Positions 1 to 10,240 of a stretch of 55,637 nucleotides of DNA are shown in pieces. Numbering within the stretch: the first letter of the stretch is position 1; each line of letters starts with the position of its first letter. A program made the position numbers and the translations under genes. The stretch is from Chlamydiales bacterium (GTDB lineage Bacteria; Chlamydiota; Chlamydiia; Chlamydiales; FEN-1388): NCBI GenBank assembly GCA_041737255.1, contig JBGSSB010000079.1, positions 1 through 55,637 on the forward strand, in the 5' to 3' direction. The notes under the pieces are model-generated. The model had not been told where the DNA came from, ran no database searches, and saw only the letters and a program-made list of their open reading frames with translations.

Positions 1-51
1 TTCGAAAGTTTGTACATGATCTTTATCTGTGAAATTGACATACTCTTTCAT
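1..51 (-). CDS. 5' end of an unidentified CDS running off the left edge (17 codons visible)
   Basis: The reverse strand from nt 51 reads ATG AAA GAG TAT GTC AAT TTC ACA GAT AAA GAT CAT GTA CAA ACT TTC GAA with no stop. A GAGGG motif (rc of 58-62) lies 6 nt upstream. Too short to identify. Confidence 0.3.
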   Translation of the reverse strand, partial: MKEYVNFTDKDHVQTFE

Positions 52-260
52 GAGTTACCCTCTGTTATTTGTTTTTTGACGAAAACCTTACTGAGGGTAC
101 ACTCTTTTTATTTCAAACACAACTTCTGATCATATCTCGTAGAGCTCTCCTCCAGGCAATTATTGGAGGCTTTTTCACAGGCGCCAGATTCGCATAAGGT
201 GGCAGATACTGCTTTTGTGATTACTGGAAGCTACCAAATCCTAGAGGATTATCGGGAAAA

Positions 261-287
261 TTAGCAGACTAGCGCATTGAGTGCTAA
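261..287. promoter_or_regulatory. CIRCE operator (HrcA binding site)
   Basis: Reads TTAGCAGAC-N9-GAGTGCTAA against the CIRCE consensus TTAGCACTC-N9-GAGTGCTAA. The right arm is perfect and the left arm matches 7/9. It lies 60 nt upstream of the hrcA start. Confidence 0.85.
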
Positions 288-293
288 ATCTTC

Positions 294-323
294 TTGACTC
301 ATAAATTTGTCTCCCTTTATACT
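294..323 (+). promoter_or_regulatory. Candidate sigma70/66-type promoter for hrcA-grpE-dnaK
   Basis: TTGACT (294-299), an 18-nt spacer, then TATACT (318-323). RBS AAGGGAG at 331-337 and ATG at 347. CIRCE sits upstream of this -35, which is atypical, so the true promoter may be elsewhere. Confidence 0.3.
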
Positions 324-346
324 CATAGAAAAGGGAGTAAGTTACA

Positions 347-1540
347 ATGAAGTTGGTCGATACGTCAGCTACTAAACGCGCCGGAAAGCGCGACAAAGAA
401 AAGCGCGTTCTCACAGCTTTGGTCGAATATTACCTCAAAACAGGTAAAGCTGTTGGTTCTAATACGCTTAAAGATGTGGGCTTTCCAGACTTAAGCTCCG
501 CTACCATTCGCAACTATTTTGCCAATCTTGAAGAAGAGGGCTTTCTCAAGCAGCACCACACCTCAGGTGGCAGGGTTCCAACAGAGCAGGCTTTTCGTTT
601 TTATGCTAAGGAGAGCTTAGAGGAATTTGAGAGAAGTAATCGCCAAGATAGCCACGATCATGTAGCTTCTACGGATGATGCCGAGGACTTAAAGGCCGTA
701 GCACTTTTTTTACAACGAATGACAGAAGCCACAGCCGAGCATACCCAGTGTGCCGCATTTCTTTCGGCTCCTCGTTTTGATCAGGACTTTGTAAACGACA
801 TTAAACTTATTTGTTTAGATTCTAGTCGCTGTTTAGCTGTTGTTTTAACGAGCTTTGGCCAGGTGTACACCGAAGTGTTGCACGCTCCCCACAAAATAAG
901 CACACATGGTGTCCAGCGCATTCAAAGCTATTTTCATAGCCGTCTTATGAATACAGAGCTTGAAGGTGAGCCTCTGTCTCAGGAAGAACACGAGCTTGCG
1001 CTGCGCTTTTACCAAGAAACAATGGCGCGCTATCTAGTAAATTACGCAAACTTTAGCCAGGAAGATGTGTTTCGTACAGGCTTTTCAAAGCTTTTGCGCT
1101 ACCCAGAATTTCAGGAAGCCGAAAGTTTAGCCGCAAGCCTTAGTTTATTTGAAAACCAAACAGCTCTTCGCTCGCTTGCTCGTGATGTGCAGCGTGCTGG
1201 AAAAATGAAGTGCTGGATTGGCGAAGATCTTTTTGCTTTTTTACCTACGCAGCCTAATTGCTCGTTAATTTCAGCTCCTTACTTTATTGGGCATAAGTGT
1301 GTTGGAAGCGTGGGCATTATTGGGCCAATGAGAGTGCCGTATACACAGCTATTTGCAAAAATTGATTCAATAGCCGCGGAGATCTCTCACTTTTTAGACA
1401 AAAATCTATATAAATATAAGATAGATTTTCGCAAGGTACCAGGGGCTCCTTACGAACTAGACTATCAAACCCGGAAGCTCCTTGCGGGGCCGACACCAAA
1501 TAGCCTTTTAGAGGATCACACAAAAGAGAGTACAGTATGA
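347..1540 (+). CDS. hrcA: Heat-inducible transcription repressor HrcA
   Basis: 397 aa. The N-terminal wHTH (LKDVGFPDLSSATIRNYFANLEEEGFLKQHHTSGGRVPT) is typical of HrcA. CIRCE lies upstream, and the gene sits in the conserved hrcA-grpE-dnaK order with a 4-nt overlap onto grpE. Confidence 0.93.
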   Translation: MKLVDTSATKRAGKRDKEKRVLTALVEYYLKTGKAVGSNTLKDVGFPDLSSATIRNYFANLEEEGFLKQHHTSGGRVPTEQAFRFYAKESLEEFERSNRQDSHDHVASTDDAEDLKAVALFLQRMTEATAEHTQCAAFLSAPRFDQDFVNDIKLICLDSSRCLAVVLTSFGQVYTEVLHAPHKISTHGVQRIQSYFHSRLMNTELEGEPLSQEEHELALRFYQETMARYLVNYANFSQEDVFRTGFSKLLRYPEFQEAESLAASLSLFENQTALRSLARDVQRAGKMKCWIGEDLFAFLPTQPNCSLISAPYFIGHKCVGSVGIIGPMRVPYTQLFAKIDSIAAEISHFLDKNLYKYKIDFRKVPGAPYELDYQTRKLLAGPTPNSLLEDHTKESTV

Positions 1541-2082
1541 CATCAGAAGAAGTAGAAGAAAATGTAGTTAACGCCAATGAGGCAATTGCTGCTGAAGAGG
1601 ATGAGCTTGTTAAGCTTAAAGCTGAACTTGCTGAGTGGAAAGATAAGTACTTTCGGGCGCTTGCTGAAACGGAAAACACAAGAAAGCGCTTGCAAAAAGA
1701 AAAAATTGAGTCTCAATCGTTTGCTATTCAAGATGTTGTATTAGATTTCTTGCAGCCACTTGATCACCTAGAGCAGGCTTTAAATGCTTCGCAAAATGCC
1801 TCGGACGAAGTAAAGCATTGGGCGATAGGCTTTCGAATGATTTTACAGCAGCTTAAGCATGTGATTCAGGATAACGGCATCACTACTTTTGAGTCGGTAG
1901 GTGAAGAGTTTGATCCTCATCTTCATGAAGCCATAGAAACTGAAGAAACAGCATCCTTTACCGAGGGTACTGTTACACAAGAATTTAGCCGTGGCTACAA
2001 GATGGGCACACGAATCATTCGCCCTGCAAAGGTAAAAGTAGCTACGGCCCCAAAAGAAAATGGCGATGAGCCGAAAGAATAA
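1537..2082 (+). CDS. grpE: Nucleotide exchange factor GrpE
   Basis: 181 aa with an N-terminal coiled coil, then ENTRKRLQKEK and a C-terminal beta domain (GYKMGTRIIRPAKVKV). Located between hrcA and dnaK. Confidence 0.93.
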   Translation: MTSEEVEENVVNANEAIAAEEDELVKLKAELAEWKDKYFRALAETENTRKRLQKEKIESQSFAIQDVVLDFLQPLDHLEQALNASQNASDEVKHWAIGFRMILQQLKHVIQDNGITTFESVGEEFDPHLHEAIETEETASFTEGTVTQEFSRGYKMGTRIIRPAKVKVATAPKENGDEPKE

Positions 2083-2107
2083 AGATTAATATTTTAGGAG
2101 AACATTC

Positions 2108-4066
2108 ATGTCAGAACAACCAAAAAAACAACGAATAATCGGTATTGACTTAGGAACAACAAATTCATGTGTTGCCATTATGGAAGGTGGCCAGCCTATT
2201 GTTATTCCTTCTGCTGAAGGCTCACGTACAACTCCATCAGTTGCTGCTATTAAAGGATCAGAGCGGCTTGTGGGCATACCTGCTAAGCGTCAGCTTATTA
2301 CAAACTCAGAAAATACGATTTACTCGTCAAAGCGCTTTATTGGCCGTAAGTTTTCAGAAGTTGCTGAAGAGGCAAAAATCGTGTCGTACAAAGTTGTTTC
2401 AGGCCAGGGCGATAATGCGGCACTTGAAATTGCAGGAAAAGTAATTACGCCAGAAGAAGTGGCTTCTTACATTTTGGTGAAGATGAAAGAAACTGCCGAG
2501 GCTTATCTTGGTGAGAAAGTGACGGAGGCTGTAATTACAGTTCCTGCTTACTTTAATGATGCTCAGCGTCAGTCTACTAAAGATGCAGGTCGCATTGCAG
2601 GTCTTAACGTGCGTCGTATTATCCCAGAGCCAACCGCTGCAGCCTTAGCGTACGGTCTAGACAAACAGCATCAAGCACAAAAGATTGCTGTATTTGACTT
2701 AGGTGGTGGAACCTTTGATATTTCTATTCTTGAAATTGGTGATGGCGTTATCGAAGTGCTTTCCACAAATGGTGATACTCACCTTGGCGGCGATGACTTT
2801 GATGCTATTATCTTGAACTGGCTTGTTGAAGAGTATCTTAAAGAAACAGGCATCGACCTTCGTAAAGACAAAATGGCTCTACAGCGTCTTCGCGATGCAG
2901 CAGAAAAAGCTAAGATTGAGCTTTCAGGTACTACGACAACAGAGATTAACCAGCCATTTATTACAATGGATGCATCTGGTCCTAAACACCTTACTATTAC
3001 GCTTACTCGTGCGAAGCTTGAGTCACTAGCTCATAGCCTCATTGAGCGCACTCGTGAGCCATGCATTAAAGCGCTAAAAGATGCAGGCCTTTCTAAGGAT
3101 GACATCAAAGAAGCTATTCTTGTTGGTGGTATGACACGTATGCCTGCTGTTCAAGAGATGGTAAAATCGATCTTTGGCAAAGAGCCAAATAAAGGTGTAA
3201 ACCCTGATGAAGCCGTAGCCATTGGCGCAGCTATCCAAGGTGGTGTGTTAGCTGGTGAAGTAAAAGATATTCTCTTACTTGATGTTATCCCGCTTACTCT
3301 TGGTATCGAGACTATGGGCGGTGTTATGACAGCAATTATAGAGCGTAACACGACGATTCCAACTCAGAAAAAACAGGTGTTTTCAACAGCTGGTGATAAC
3401 CAAACGGCTGTTACAATCCGCATTTTGCAGGGTGAGCGCCCAATGGCAGATGCTAACAAAGAGATTGGCCGTTTTGATTTGACCGACTTGCCGCCTGCGC
3501 CTAGAGGTATGCCGCAGATTGAAGTGTCATTTGACATCGATGCTGATGGTATTCTCCACGTACATGCTAAGGACATGGCAACGGGTAAAGAACAAAAAAT
3601 CCGTATCCAAGCAAAATCTGGACTTGATGAAAATGAAATCAAAAACATCATCAAAGATGCTGAGCTTCATGCTGAAGATGACAAAAAGCGAAAAGAAGAA
3701 GTCGAAACTAAAAACGGCTGCGACGCCGTGATTTTTAGTGCAGAGAAGGCTCTTCGCGACTACAAGGATAAGATTCCTGAAGATATTTCAGCTGATGTGC
3801 AAGCTAAAATTGACAACGCCAAAAAGGCTGTTGAATCAAATGATATGGCTCGCATCAAGCAAGCTCGCACTGAGCTAGAAGATCATATGCAGCATATTGG
3901 TGAAGCTATGTCCAAGGCCGCAGGTCAAGCCCAAGGGCAGCCAGGAGCCAATGGTCATGAACAGCCAGGAGCCGAAGGTCATGCTCAGTCATCAGGTTCA
4001 CAAGATGACAATACTATCGAAGATGCTGAAGTTGAAATCATCGACAAAGATGATTCAAGCAAGTAG
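2108..4066 (+). CDS. dnaK: Molecular chaperone DnaK (Hsp70)
   Basis: 652 aa with Hsp70 signatures [27 protein letters not shown] and [18 protein letters not shown] upstream. Confidence 0.98.
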   Translation: MSEQPKKQRIIGIDLGTTNSCVAIMEGGQPIVIPSAEGSRTTPSVAAIKGSERLVGIPAKRQLITNSENTIYSSKRFIGRKFSEVAEEAKIVSYKVVSGQGDNAALEIAGKVITPEEVASYILVKMKETAEAYLGEKVTEAVITVPAYFNDAQRQSTKDAGRIAGLNVRRIIPEPTAAALAYGLDKQHQAQKIAVFDLGGGTFDISILEIGDGVIEVLSTNGDTHLGGDDFDAIILNWLVEEYLKETGIDLRKDKMALQRLRDAAEKAKIELSGTTTTEINQPFITMDASGPKHLTITLTRAKLESLAHSLIERTREPCIKALKDAGLSKDDIKEAILVGGMTRMPAVQEMVKSIFGKEPNKGVNPDEAVAIGAAIQGGVLAGEVKDILLLDVIPLTLGIETMGGVMTAIIERNTTIPTQKKQVFSTAGDNQTAVTIRILQGERPMADANKEIGRFDLTDLPPAPRGMPQIEVSFDIDADGILHVHAKDMATGKEQKIRIQAKSGLDENEIKNIIKDAELHAEDDKKRKEEVETKNGCDAVIFSAEKALRDYKDKIPEDISADVQAKIDNAKKAVESNDMARIKQARTELEDHMQHIGEAMSKAAGQAQGQPGANGHEQPGAEGHAQSSGSQDDNTIEDAEVEIIDKDDSSK

Positions 4067-4085
4067 TTAGTTTAGCTAGTTCTTG

Positions 4086-4117
4086 AGCGGCGCAGTTCTT
4101 GTGCGCCGCTTTTTTTA
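4086..4117 (+). terminator. Rho-independent terminator after dnaK
   Basis: AGCGGCGCA (4086-4094) pairs with TGCGCCGCT (4102-4110), followed by a T7 run (4111-4117), 20 nt after the dnaK stop. Confidence 0.85.
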
Positions 4118-4390
4118 TTCCAACTCACTCTCTCTGACCTCAATACCGTTCACTAAAAATATTTTTTAATATAGTGGCCCCAAAAACTAGACAGCTCCAA
4201 TTGCGCCATTTTGGTAAAATTAAAACCACAAAAATGGTGGAGACTGTCATATGGTCACATACAAACAGAAACCAATTGCGTAATAAAAATTGCAATCAAC
4301 GCTTCTGCAATTATCACGTTCGGCGCAATCTTTTGCTCCTCGCTAATTTTTTTCTCGGTATACTCATTGAATATTCAAGAGGTGATTTAC

Positions 4391-5500
4391 ATGAACAGCT
4401 TTGTTACAGCGCAAAGAATAGTGGTTTGTTTTTTTGCATTTCTGATAATTCCTCTTGCACACTTGTTTGCAGTCCAGAATCTAGACCGAAAAACCATACT
4501 ACTTACTGGTGGTACAGGCTATATTGGCTCACATATCGCAGCCGTGCTGCTTCAAAATGAGTACAACGTTGTGCTTGTTGATAACCTCAGTAATTCAGAA
4601 CCCACAGTCATTGCCAACATAGAAGCCGTTGCGGGAAAGCCTATAAAGAATTTTTACCCCTTTGATCTACTTGATCAAGATAAACTGCGTCTAGTCTTTG
4701 ATGCGCATAAAATTGACGCGGTTATTCATTTAGCTGGGTTTAAAGCGGTTGGGGAATCAGTCGAAAAACCACTTGTTTATTACCGGAACAACCTTATCTC
4801 TACTATTTCTTTGTTAGAGGTGATGCAAGAGTATGGCTGTCATCGATTGATTTTTTCTTCATCGGCAACAGTCTATGGGCAGCCACAGTATCTGCCGTTA
4901 GACGAAAAACATCCCGTAAGCGCTACAAGTCCGTATGGAAGAACGAAGTTGATGATCGAGGAGATCTTAAAAGATGTGGCGGCAGCTGATAAGAATAGTC
5001 AGGTTATTAGCCTTCGTTATTTTAATCCCGTGGGCGCCCATGCAAGTGGTCTTATTGGTGAAAAGCCAACTGGTGTTCCCCAGAATCTTCTCCCCTATAT
5101 GATGGAGGTTCTGCAAGGCAAGCGCTCCCACCTTAGCGTCTACGGAAATGATTATGAAACACCCGATGGAACAGCTGTTCGCGACTATATTCACGTTATG
5201 GATCTAGCCGATGGACATGTGCTGGCTCTTAATACGATGTTTGGTGCAAATCAGAGCTTAGAGAGTTATAGAGTATATAATTTGGGCACGCAAGCGGGCT
5301 ATAGCGTTAAGCAAATGATTGATGCGCTTTGTAAAGTGTCGGGACGCCAGGTGCCATATGAGATAGTTGGGAGGCGAAATGGAGATGTTGCGGTACTTGT
5401 CGCAAATCCAGCTAAAGCTATTAAAGAGCTTGGTTTTTGTCCGGTAAGAGGGCTTGATGAGATGATGAAAGATAGCCTAACGTGGACTTTTAAAGAATAA
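4391..5500 (+). CDS. galE: UDP-glucose 4-epimerase with an N-terminal hydrophobic extension
   Basis: Rossmann motif LLTGGTGYIGSH and catalytic SPYGRTK (YxxxK). I prefer the ATG at 4391 (AAGAGGTGA RBS at 4377-4385) to the track start at 4211, whose extra 60 aa look non-coding. Confidence 0.88.
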   Translation: MNSFVTAQRIVVCFFAFLIIPLAHLFAVQNLDRKTILLTGGTGYIGSHIAAVLLQNEYNVVLVDNLSNSEPTVIANIEAVAGKPIKNFYPFDLLDQDKLRLVFDAHKIDAVIHLAGFKAVGESVEKPLVYYRNNLISTISLLEVMQEYGCHRLIFSSSATVYGQPQYLPLDEKHPVSATSPYGRTKLMIEEILKDVAAADKNSQVISLRYFNPVGAHASGLIGEKPTGVPQNLLPYMMEVLQGKRSHLSVYGNDYETPDGTAVRDYIHVMDLADGHVLALNTMFGANQSLESYRVYNLGTQAGYSVKQMIDALCKVSGRQVPYEIVGRRNGDVAVLVANPAKAIKELGFCPVRGLDEMMKDSLTWTFKE

Positions 5501-5592
5501 AAAGAGGTGGGGGCTTTCACGCAGTCCAGGTGGGTGAAAATTTAGGCAACTAGACACTAGTTGCAACTATAGGGGCATCTGAGGTATCTTTT

Positions 5593-8500
5593 TTGCTTTA
5601 CTATGAGGCTGGTTTGGGGCTTAAAAGTATTGAAATTTTTGGGTTTAAGTCGTTTGCAGATCGCATACGTATAGCGTTTTGCGATGGCATCAATACCATT
5701 GTCGGGCCAAATGGCTGCGGTAAATCAAATATCGTAGATGGCTTTTTGTGGTGTTTGGGCCAGCAGTCAGCAAAAACTTTGCGCGCTTCATCTATGCAGG
5801 ATGTTCTTTTTGCAGGGTCGCTTCGTCGCAAGTCTCAGGGTATGGCAGAAGTTACTGTAATTCTCTCTAATGAAAAAGGCCTTTTGCCAATAGAGTACAA
5901 AGAAGTAGCCATTACAAGGCGCCTCTATCGCGATGGTGAATCAGAATATCTCATTAACAAGCAGTCAGTACGTCTTAAGGATATCGTGGAGCTTTTAGCC
6001 CATACCGGTGTCGGTAAAGAGGCCTTTGCTGTAATTGGGCAGGGAAAAGTTTCTGAAATTATTAGCCAAAGCCCGCAAGATCGCCGTAGCCTTTTTGAAG
6101 AGGTTGCCGGAATTTCGCACTTTCTTTTAAAACGAAAAGAGAGCGAGCGAAAGCTAGAGCTTGCAAAAACTAATGTATCACGCGCAAATGATGTCACCTT
6201 AGAGGTTGAGGCGCAGATGAAGGCGCTAGAAAAGCAGGCGCATGACGCAAGACGATTCCAAGAGATGCGTCAAAAGCTTGCTTGTTACGAGCGTATTTTG
6301 TGCCAAAACCGATTTAACGAACTAAAAAGTGCCTGTGCAAAGGTTTCGAGCTTATCAAAGTCGTCGCAAGAAATGCTTAAAGAGGCAGCAGAAAAAGAGG
6401 CCAAGTTAAAATCGGATCTCCACCTACAAAAAGATGCCCTTAAAGAGTGCCAAAAAGCCTATAGCGACCTTCATGATGCAGAGCATCTGTTAGAGCGATC
6501 TATCCAGGCAATTAAAAAAGATATCGATTTCTGCGAAGAAAAAAAGGGTACGCTCTCTTCTCAGGAAAAAGAGTCATCATCTCAACTAAACGTGTTTGAT
6601 GCACGTATGAAGGCACTGTCTGAGCAAACCGAAGCTCTTGAAAAGCAGCTAGTACTCAAAGAAAAAGAGCTTGTCACCTTAAAAGAACAAAAAGATGCTG
6701 CCTTCACAGATTGGCAAAAAGGGCACCAAGAGCAAGAGTCGCTCGAAAATATGTTAAAGAGCTTTTATTCAAAGCGCTTTTCGTTGCAAAGCCGCATGCA
6801 GTCTTGCGAGTCTGATCTTAAAAAATGTCAGCTAGCAGAAGAGGTCGCCAGAGAAAAAGTGCAAGACCGCATGCTCCAAAAAGAAAAATTTGAAGCACTT
6901 AAAGCAACGGCAGCTGAAGATGCAGCCTCTAGAAAAAAAGAGCTAGCAGATGCCCTGGGGCTTGTTGAAAAGCTAAAGAAGGCACTTGATGAGCAAACGG
7001 TTTTGCTAAAAGAGCACTCTCGTGCAGTTGACGAACAAAAAGAACATCAAGGTAAAATTAAGCAAGAGCTGTATGAGAAGAGTGCCCGTTGTAAAGCGCT
7101 GTCTCAACTTGCAAACCACATGGAAGGGTATACCTCTGGCGCAAAAGCACTGTTGCAAGAAGCAAAAAAGCCCGGATCTATCATATTTGAAAAGGTTACC
7201 CCTCTTGCAGATAGCGTAACATTTGAGCATGAGCTCTTAGGGCGTTTGTATGACGCAAGCCTTCTTGTGGATACAAAAAAAGATTTGGCAGAAGCTCTAC
7301 TGCTTTGTGAAAAGCTTAAAAGCCAGGATGTCTCATTTGTCTGCCTTGAGCTTTTAGGGATAAAAGATGCGAAAGGGCTCGTTGCCCATTTTACCAAGAA
7401 AGTCACCCCTGAAACATGGTTTGAGAATAAGTATTATGTAGATGGCTTTGGCGTACTTCACTCAGCAAAGGCCAAGGGTGAAAATATTTTTTCCCGCTCA
7501 AAGGAAATAAAGACCCTGCAAAAAGATATCGATGCGCTGTCTCTTACGCTTCAAGAAATAGAAGGCAAAATAAAAGAGCAAGAGTCAAAAAAGCAGCTTC
7601 TTACAAGCGATGTCCAGCGCCAGGATCAAGAGATGCGTAAAGCGGACATGCAGGTTGTATCGATTAACTTTCAGCTTCAGTCTACTGATAAGAGATTGCA
7701 GGAGATTCAACGAGATGTAGAGCGCTCAGAAGGCGAAATGGCAAGCCTTAATGAGCTTACAGAAAAATTAAAAACGCAGCGTCAAACAAAAGAAGATGAG
7801 CTTGTACAGGCTAAAAAAGATTTATCTGAGCTAGAGGCTGAATTTACAGCATGTGAAGCCAAGGTTCAGGCCGTTAGAGGTGTGATGTCTTCAAGTAACG
7901 ATCGCAAACAAAAATCTTTTTATAGATATGATGAATGCTTAAAAACTGTTGAAAAAGAGCGCCATGCACTTGAACTTTTGGTTGTGCAGAAAAAAGAAGT
8001 AACGAGCCGGTTAGAGCAGGAGCAAAAACTGCAAAAGACCATCCAGCAAGAGCGTGCCTCTTTAGATGGCAAAAAAGAAGATACAGCAAAAGTATTAGAG
8101 GGCAAAAATCAAGAGCTTACAGTAATAAAAGAGCAGCTCTTGGTGAAAAAAGAGGCAGCTACTAAGCTAGAGGCCGAAACGAAAAGTCTTGATGGACAGC
8201 TAGAGGTGCTTCAGTCTAAAAAAGAAGAGCATATCAAATCAAGTTCAAGTCAGCAGGCAGAGCTAGAGCATCTGCAAGAGCAGCTGTTAGCCTACGATAC
8301 AGCCCTACGACAGGCGCCTCCTGAGGGGCTTGCTAACTTCCAAGACGTAACACCTACGGAAGAGGATATCGTTAAGCTCAAAAATTCAGTAGAAAGAATG
8401 CGTAATGTAAACCTTTTAGCTCCAGAAGAGCATGAAGCAGCCTGCCAAAGGCATGCGCTTTTAGTGAGTCAACTTAAAGATTTAAGAGACGCCGAAATTG

Positions 8501-9015
8501 AACTTATTCAGATAGTCTCTGAGCTTGAAAAAGAAAGCAGCAAGGCTTTTAGCAAAACTTTTGCAGAAGTTCGAGCGGCATTTCAAAAGCATTTTCAAAC
8601 GCTGTTTCAAGGCGGAGAGGCCGACCTTGTGCTGACAGAAGGTGATGCCGGCGTTGATATTTTTGCAAAACCTCCCGGCAAGCAGATGCGCTCGATGCAG
8701 CTATTATCAGGTGGTGAAAAGACACTTACAGCCCTTGCTTTATTGTTTGCTTGCTTTGATGCCCGGCCAAGTCCTTTTTGTATCCTTGATGAAGTTGATG
8801 CCCCTCTTGATGAAACAAACGTTGAGCGCCTCGGCAACTTATTAAAGCTTTTTTGTGATAGAACCCAGTTTTTGGTTATTACGCATAATAAAAAGACAAT
8901 GCAGATAGCAGATACTTTGATAGGGGTTTCAATGGCCGAAAAGGGTGTCTCTCAAATTATTTCACTTGATTTCAAGCGTCGAGAAAGCCCTGCCGGGGCT
9001 GTGGCTATTTTATAA
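5593..9015 (+). CDS. smc: Chromosome partition protein SMC
   Basis: 1140 aa with Walker A GPNGCGKSN, long coiled coils around a central hinge, signature LSGGEKTLTALALLFA and Walker B ILDEVDAPLD. The start is a TTG at 5593 or the TTG at 5614 (giving MGLKSIEIFGFKSF). Confidence 0.95.
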   Translation: MLYYEAGLGLKSIEIFGFKSFADRIRIAFCDGINTIVGPNGCGKSNIVDGFLWCLGQQSAKTLRASSMQDVLFAGSLRRKSQGMAEVTVILSNEKGLLPIEYKEVAITRRLYRDGESEYLINKQSVRLKDIVELLAHTGVGKEAFAVIGQGKVSEIISQSPQDRRSLFEEVAGISHFLLKRKESERKLELAKTNVSRANDVTLEVEAQMKALEKQAHDARRFQEMRQKLACYERILCQNRFNELKSACAKVSSLSKSSQEMLKEAAEKEAKLKSDLHLQKDALKECQKAYSDLHDAEHLLERSIQAIKKDIDFCEEKKGTLSSQEKESSSQLNVFDARMKALSEQTEALEKQLVLKEKELVTLKEQKDAAFTDWQKGHQEQESLENMLKSFYSKRFSLQSRMQSCESDLKKCQLAEEVAREKVQDRMLQKEKFEALKATAAEDAASRKKELADALGLVEKLKKALDEQTVLLKEHSRAVDEQKEHQGKIKQELYEKSARCKALSQLANHMEGYTSGAKALLQEAKKPGSIIFEKVTPLADSVTFEHELLGRLYDASLLVDTKKDLAEALLLCEKLKSQDVSFVCLELLGIKDAKGLVAHFTKKVTPETWFENKYYVDGFGVLHSAKAKGENIFSRSKEIKTLQKDIDALSLTLQEIEGKIKEQESKKQLLTSDVQRQDQEMRKADMQVVSINFQLQSTDKRLQEIQRDVERSEGEMASLNELTEKLKTQRQTKEDELVQAKKDLSELEAEFTACEAKVQAVRGVMSSSNDRKQKSFYRYDECLKTVEKERHALELLVVQKKEVTSRLEQEQKLQKTIQQERASLDGKKEDTAKVLEGKNQELTVIKEQLLVKKEAATKLEAETKSLDGQLEVLQSKKEEHIKSSSSQQAELEHLQEQLLAYDTALRQAPPEGLANFQDVTPTEEDIVKLKNSVERMRNVNLLAPEEHEAACQRHALLVSQLKDLRDAEIELIQIVSELEKESSKAFSKTFAEVRAAFQKHFQTLFQGGEADLVLTEGDAGVDIFAKPPGKQMRSMQLLSGGEKTLTALALLFACFDARPSPFCILDEVDAPLDETNVERLGNLLKLFCDRTQFLVITHNKKTMQIADTLIGVSMAEKGVSQIISLDFKRRESPAGAVAIL

Positions 9016-9095
9016 ATTAGTCAATCTCTAGCTAGCTTATAACGAAACTTTATGTTATTATTTTCCAATTAAACATTATTTTAATGGGGTAATAA

Positions 9096-10229
9096 ATGGC
9101 GGTCGGGCAGTCAATTGTTGTTGGTATTCCAAAAGAAATAAAGAATCATGAATATCGAGTTGGAGCAACCCCCGCTGTTGTGGCTGCATTAGTAGCTGCG
9201 GGTCACAAGGTTCTTGTCGAGACTATGGCCGGTGCAAAAATTGGATTTAGTGATGAGCTCTATGCCAAAGCCGGTGCCCAGATTATTGGATCCGCCAAAG
9301 AGTTATATCTGCAAGCTGACATGATTGTGAAAGTAAAAGAGCCTCAGATCGCTGAGTATCCCTTACTTCAAGAGGGGCAGGTGCTTTTTACCTACCTTCA
9401 TTTGGCACCAGACCCAGTTCAGACCCAGGCTCTTTTAGACCGAAAGGTAATAGGGATTGCCTACGAAACAGTTACCGACCATGAAGGCAGACTGCCGCTG
9501 CTTACTCCTATGAGTGAGATTGCAGGGCGCATTGCAATTCAAGCCGGAGCAACTGCTCTTCAGATTGCCAATGGTGGAAAAGGCGTGCTACTTGGTGGCG
9601 TTGCTGGGGTCTCTCCTGGCAAGGTTATAGTTATTGGAGGGGGTGTTGTAGGTACAGAAGCTGCTCGTATGGCGTTAGGGCTAGGTGCAGATGTTACGAT
9701 ACTCGATACAAATCTTAACCGGCTTCGCGCATTAGATGCCTTATATGGCCCTCGTTTAAAGACGCTTTACTCATCGCCTGCAACACTGGAAGATAGTCTT
9801 AGAGAGGCTGATTTAGTAATTGGTGCTGTCTTAATTCCAGGAAAGCTTGCGCCTAAGCTTATCACAAAGCAGAATCTTAAAATTATGACTCCTGGAGCTG
9901 TTATTGTAGATGTGGCAATCGACCAAGGTGGCTGCGCAGAAACGTCAAGGCCTACAACTCATTCTGAGCCTACATATGTAGTAGATGGAGTACTGCATTA
10001 TTGTGTTACTAATATGCCAGGGGCTTGTGCTAGAACAGCTACGCAAGCCTTAACGAATGCTACTTTGAGCTATACACTTCGTCTTGCAAATAAAGGCTAT
10101 AAGCAAGCTTTGCAGGAAGATAATGGATTCAAAAATGGATTAAATGTCGCGCTGGGTAAGGTCACAAACCTTGATGTCGCTCAAGACCTAGGTCTTAAGT
10201 ATCACTCTGCTGATGAATTTCTAACATAA
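9096..10229 (+). CDS. ald: Alanine dehydrogenase
   Basis: 377 aa. N-terminal [18 protein letters not shown] and NAD-binding [14 protein letters not shown] are typical of the AlaDH/PNT family. Confidence 0.9.
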   Translation: MAVGQSIVVGIPKEIKNHEYRVGATPAVVAALVAAGHKVLVETMAGAKIGFSDELYAKAGAQIIGSAKELYLQADMIVKVKEPQIAEYPLLQEGQVLFTYLHLAPDPVQTQALLDRKVIGIAYETVTDHEGRLPLLTPMSEIAGRIAIQAGATALQIANGGKGVLLGGVAGVSPGKVIVIGGGVVGTEAARMALGLGADVTILDTNLNRLRALDALYGPRLKTLYSSPATLEDSLREADLVIGAVLIPGKLAPKLITKQNLKIMTPGAVIVDVAIDQGGCAETSRPTTHSEPTYVVDGVLHYCVTNMPGACARTATQALTNATLSYTLRLANKGYKQALQEDNGFKNGLNVALGKVTNLDVAQDLGLKYHSADEFLT

Positions 10230-10240
10230 CCACTGGTTCT

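Noticed and set aside
1317-1679. 120-aa minus-strand ORF, and the 62-aa ORF at 1543-1731, antisense to the hrcA/grpE junction
   Set aside because: Both lie entirely inside confidently identified genes on the other strand. The sequence is low-complexity and Ser/Leu-rich, and there is no RBS.
2086-3731. Several 60-100-aa ORFs in both orientations within dnaK (e.g. 2169-2444, 2823-3029, 3364-3654)
   Set aside because: These are shadow ORFs of a highly conserved gene with no independent support.
4211-4390. Upstream extension of the galE ORF (track start 4211) and the overlapping 128-aa ORF at 4174-4560
   Set aside because: The extension translates to non-protein-like sequence and overlaps the A/T-rich promoter region. 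An RBS-backed ATG at 4391 gives a sensible product.
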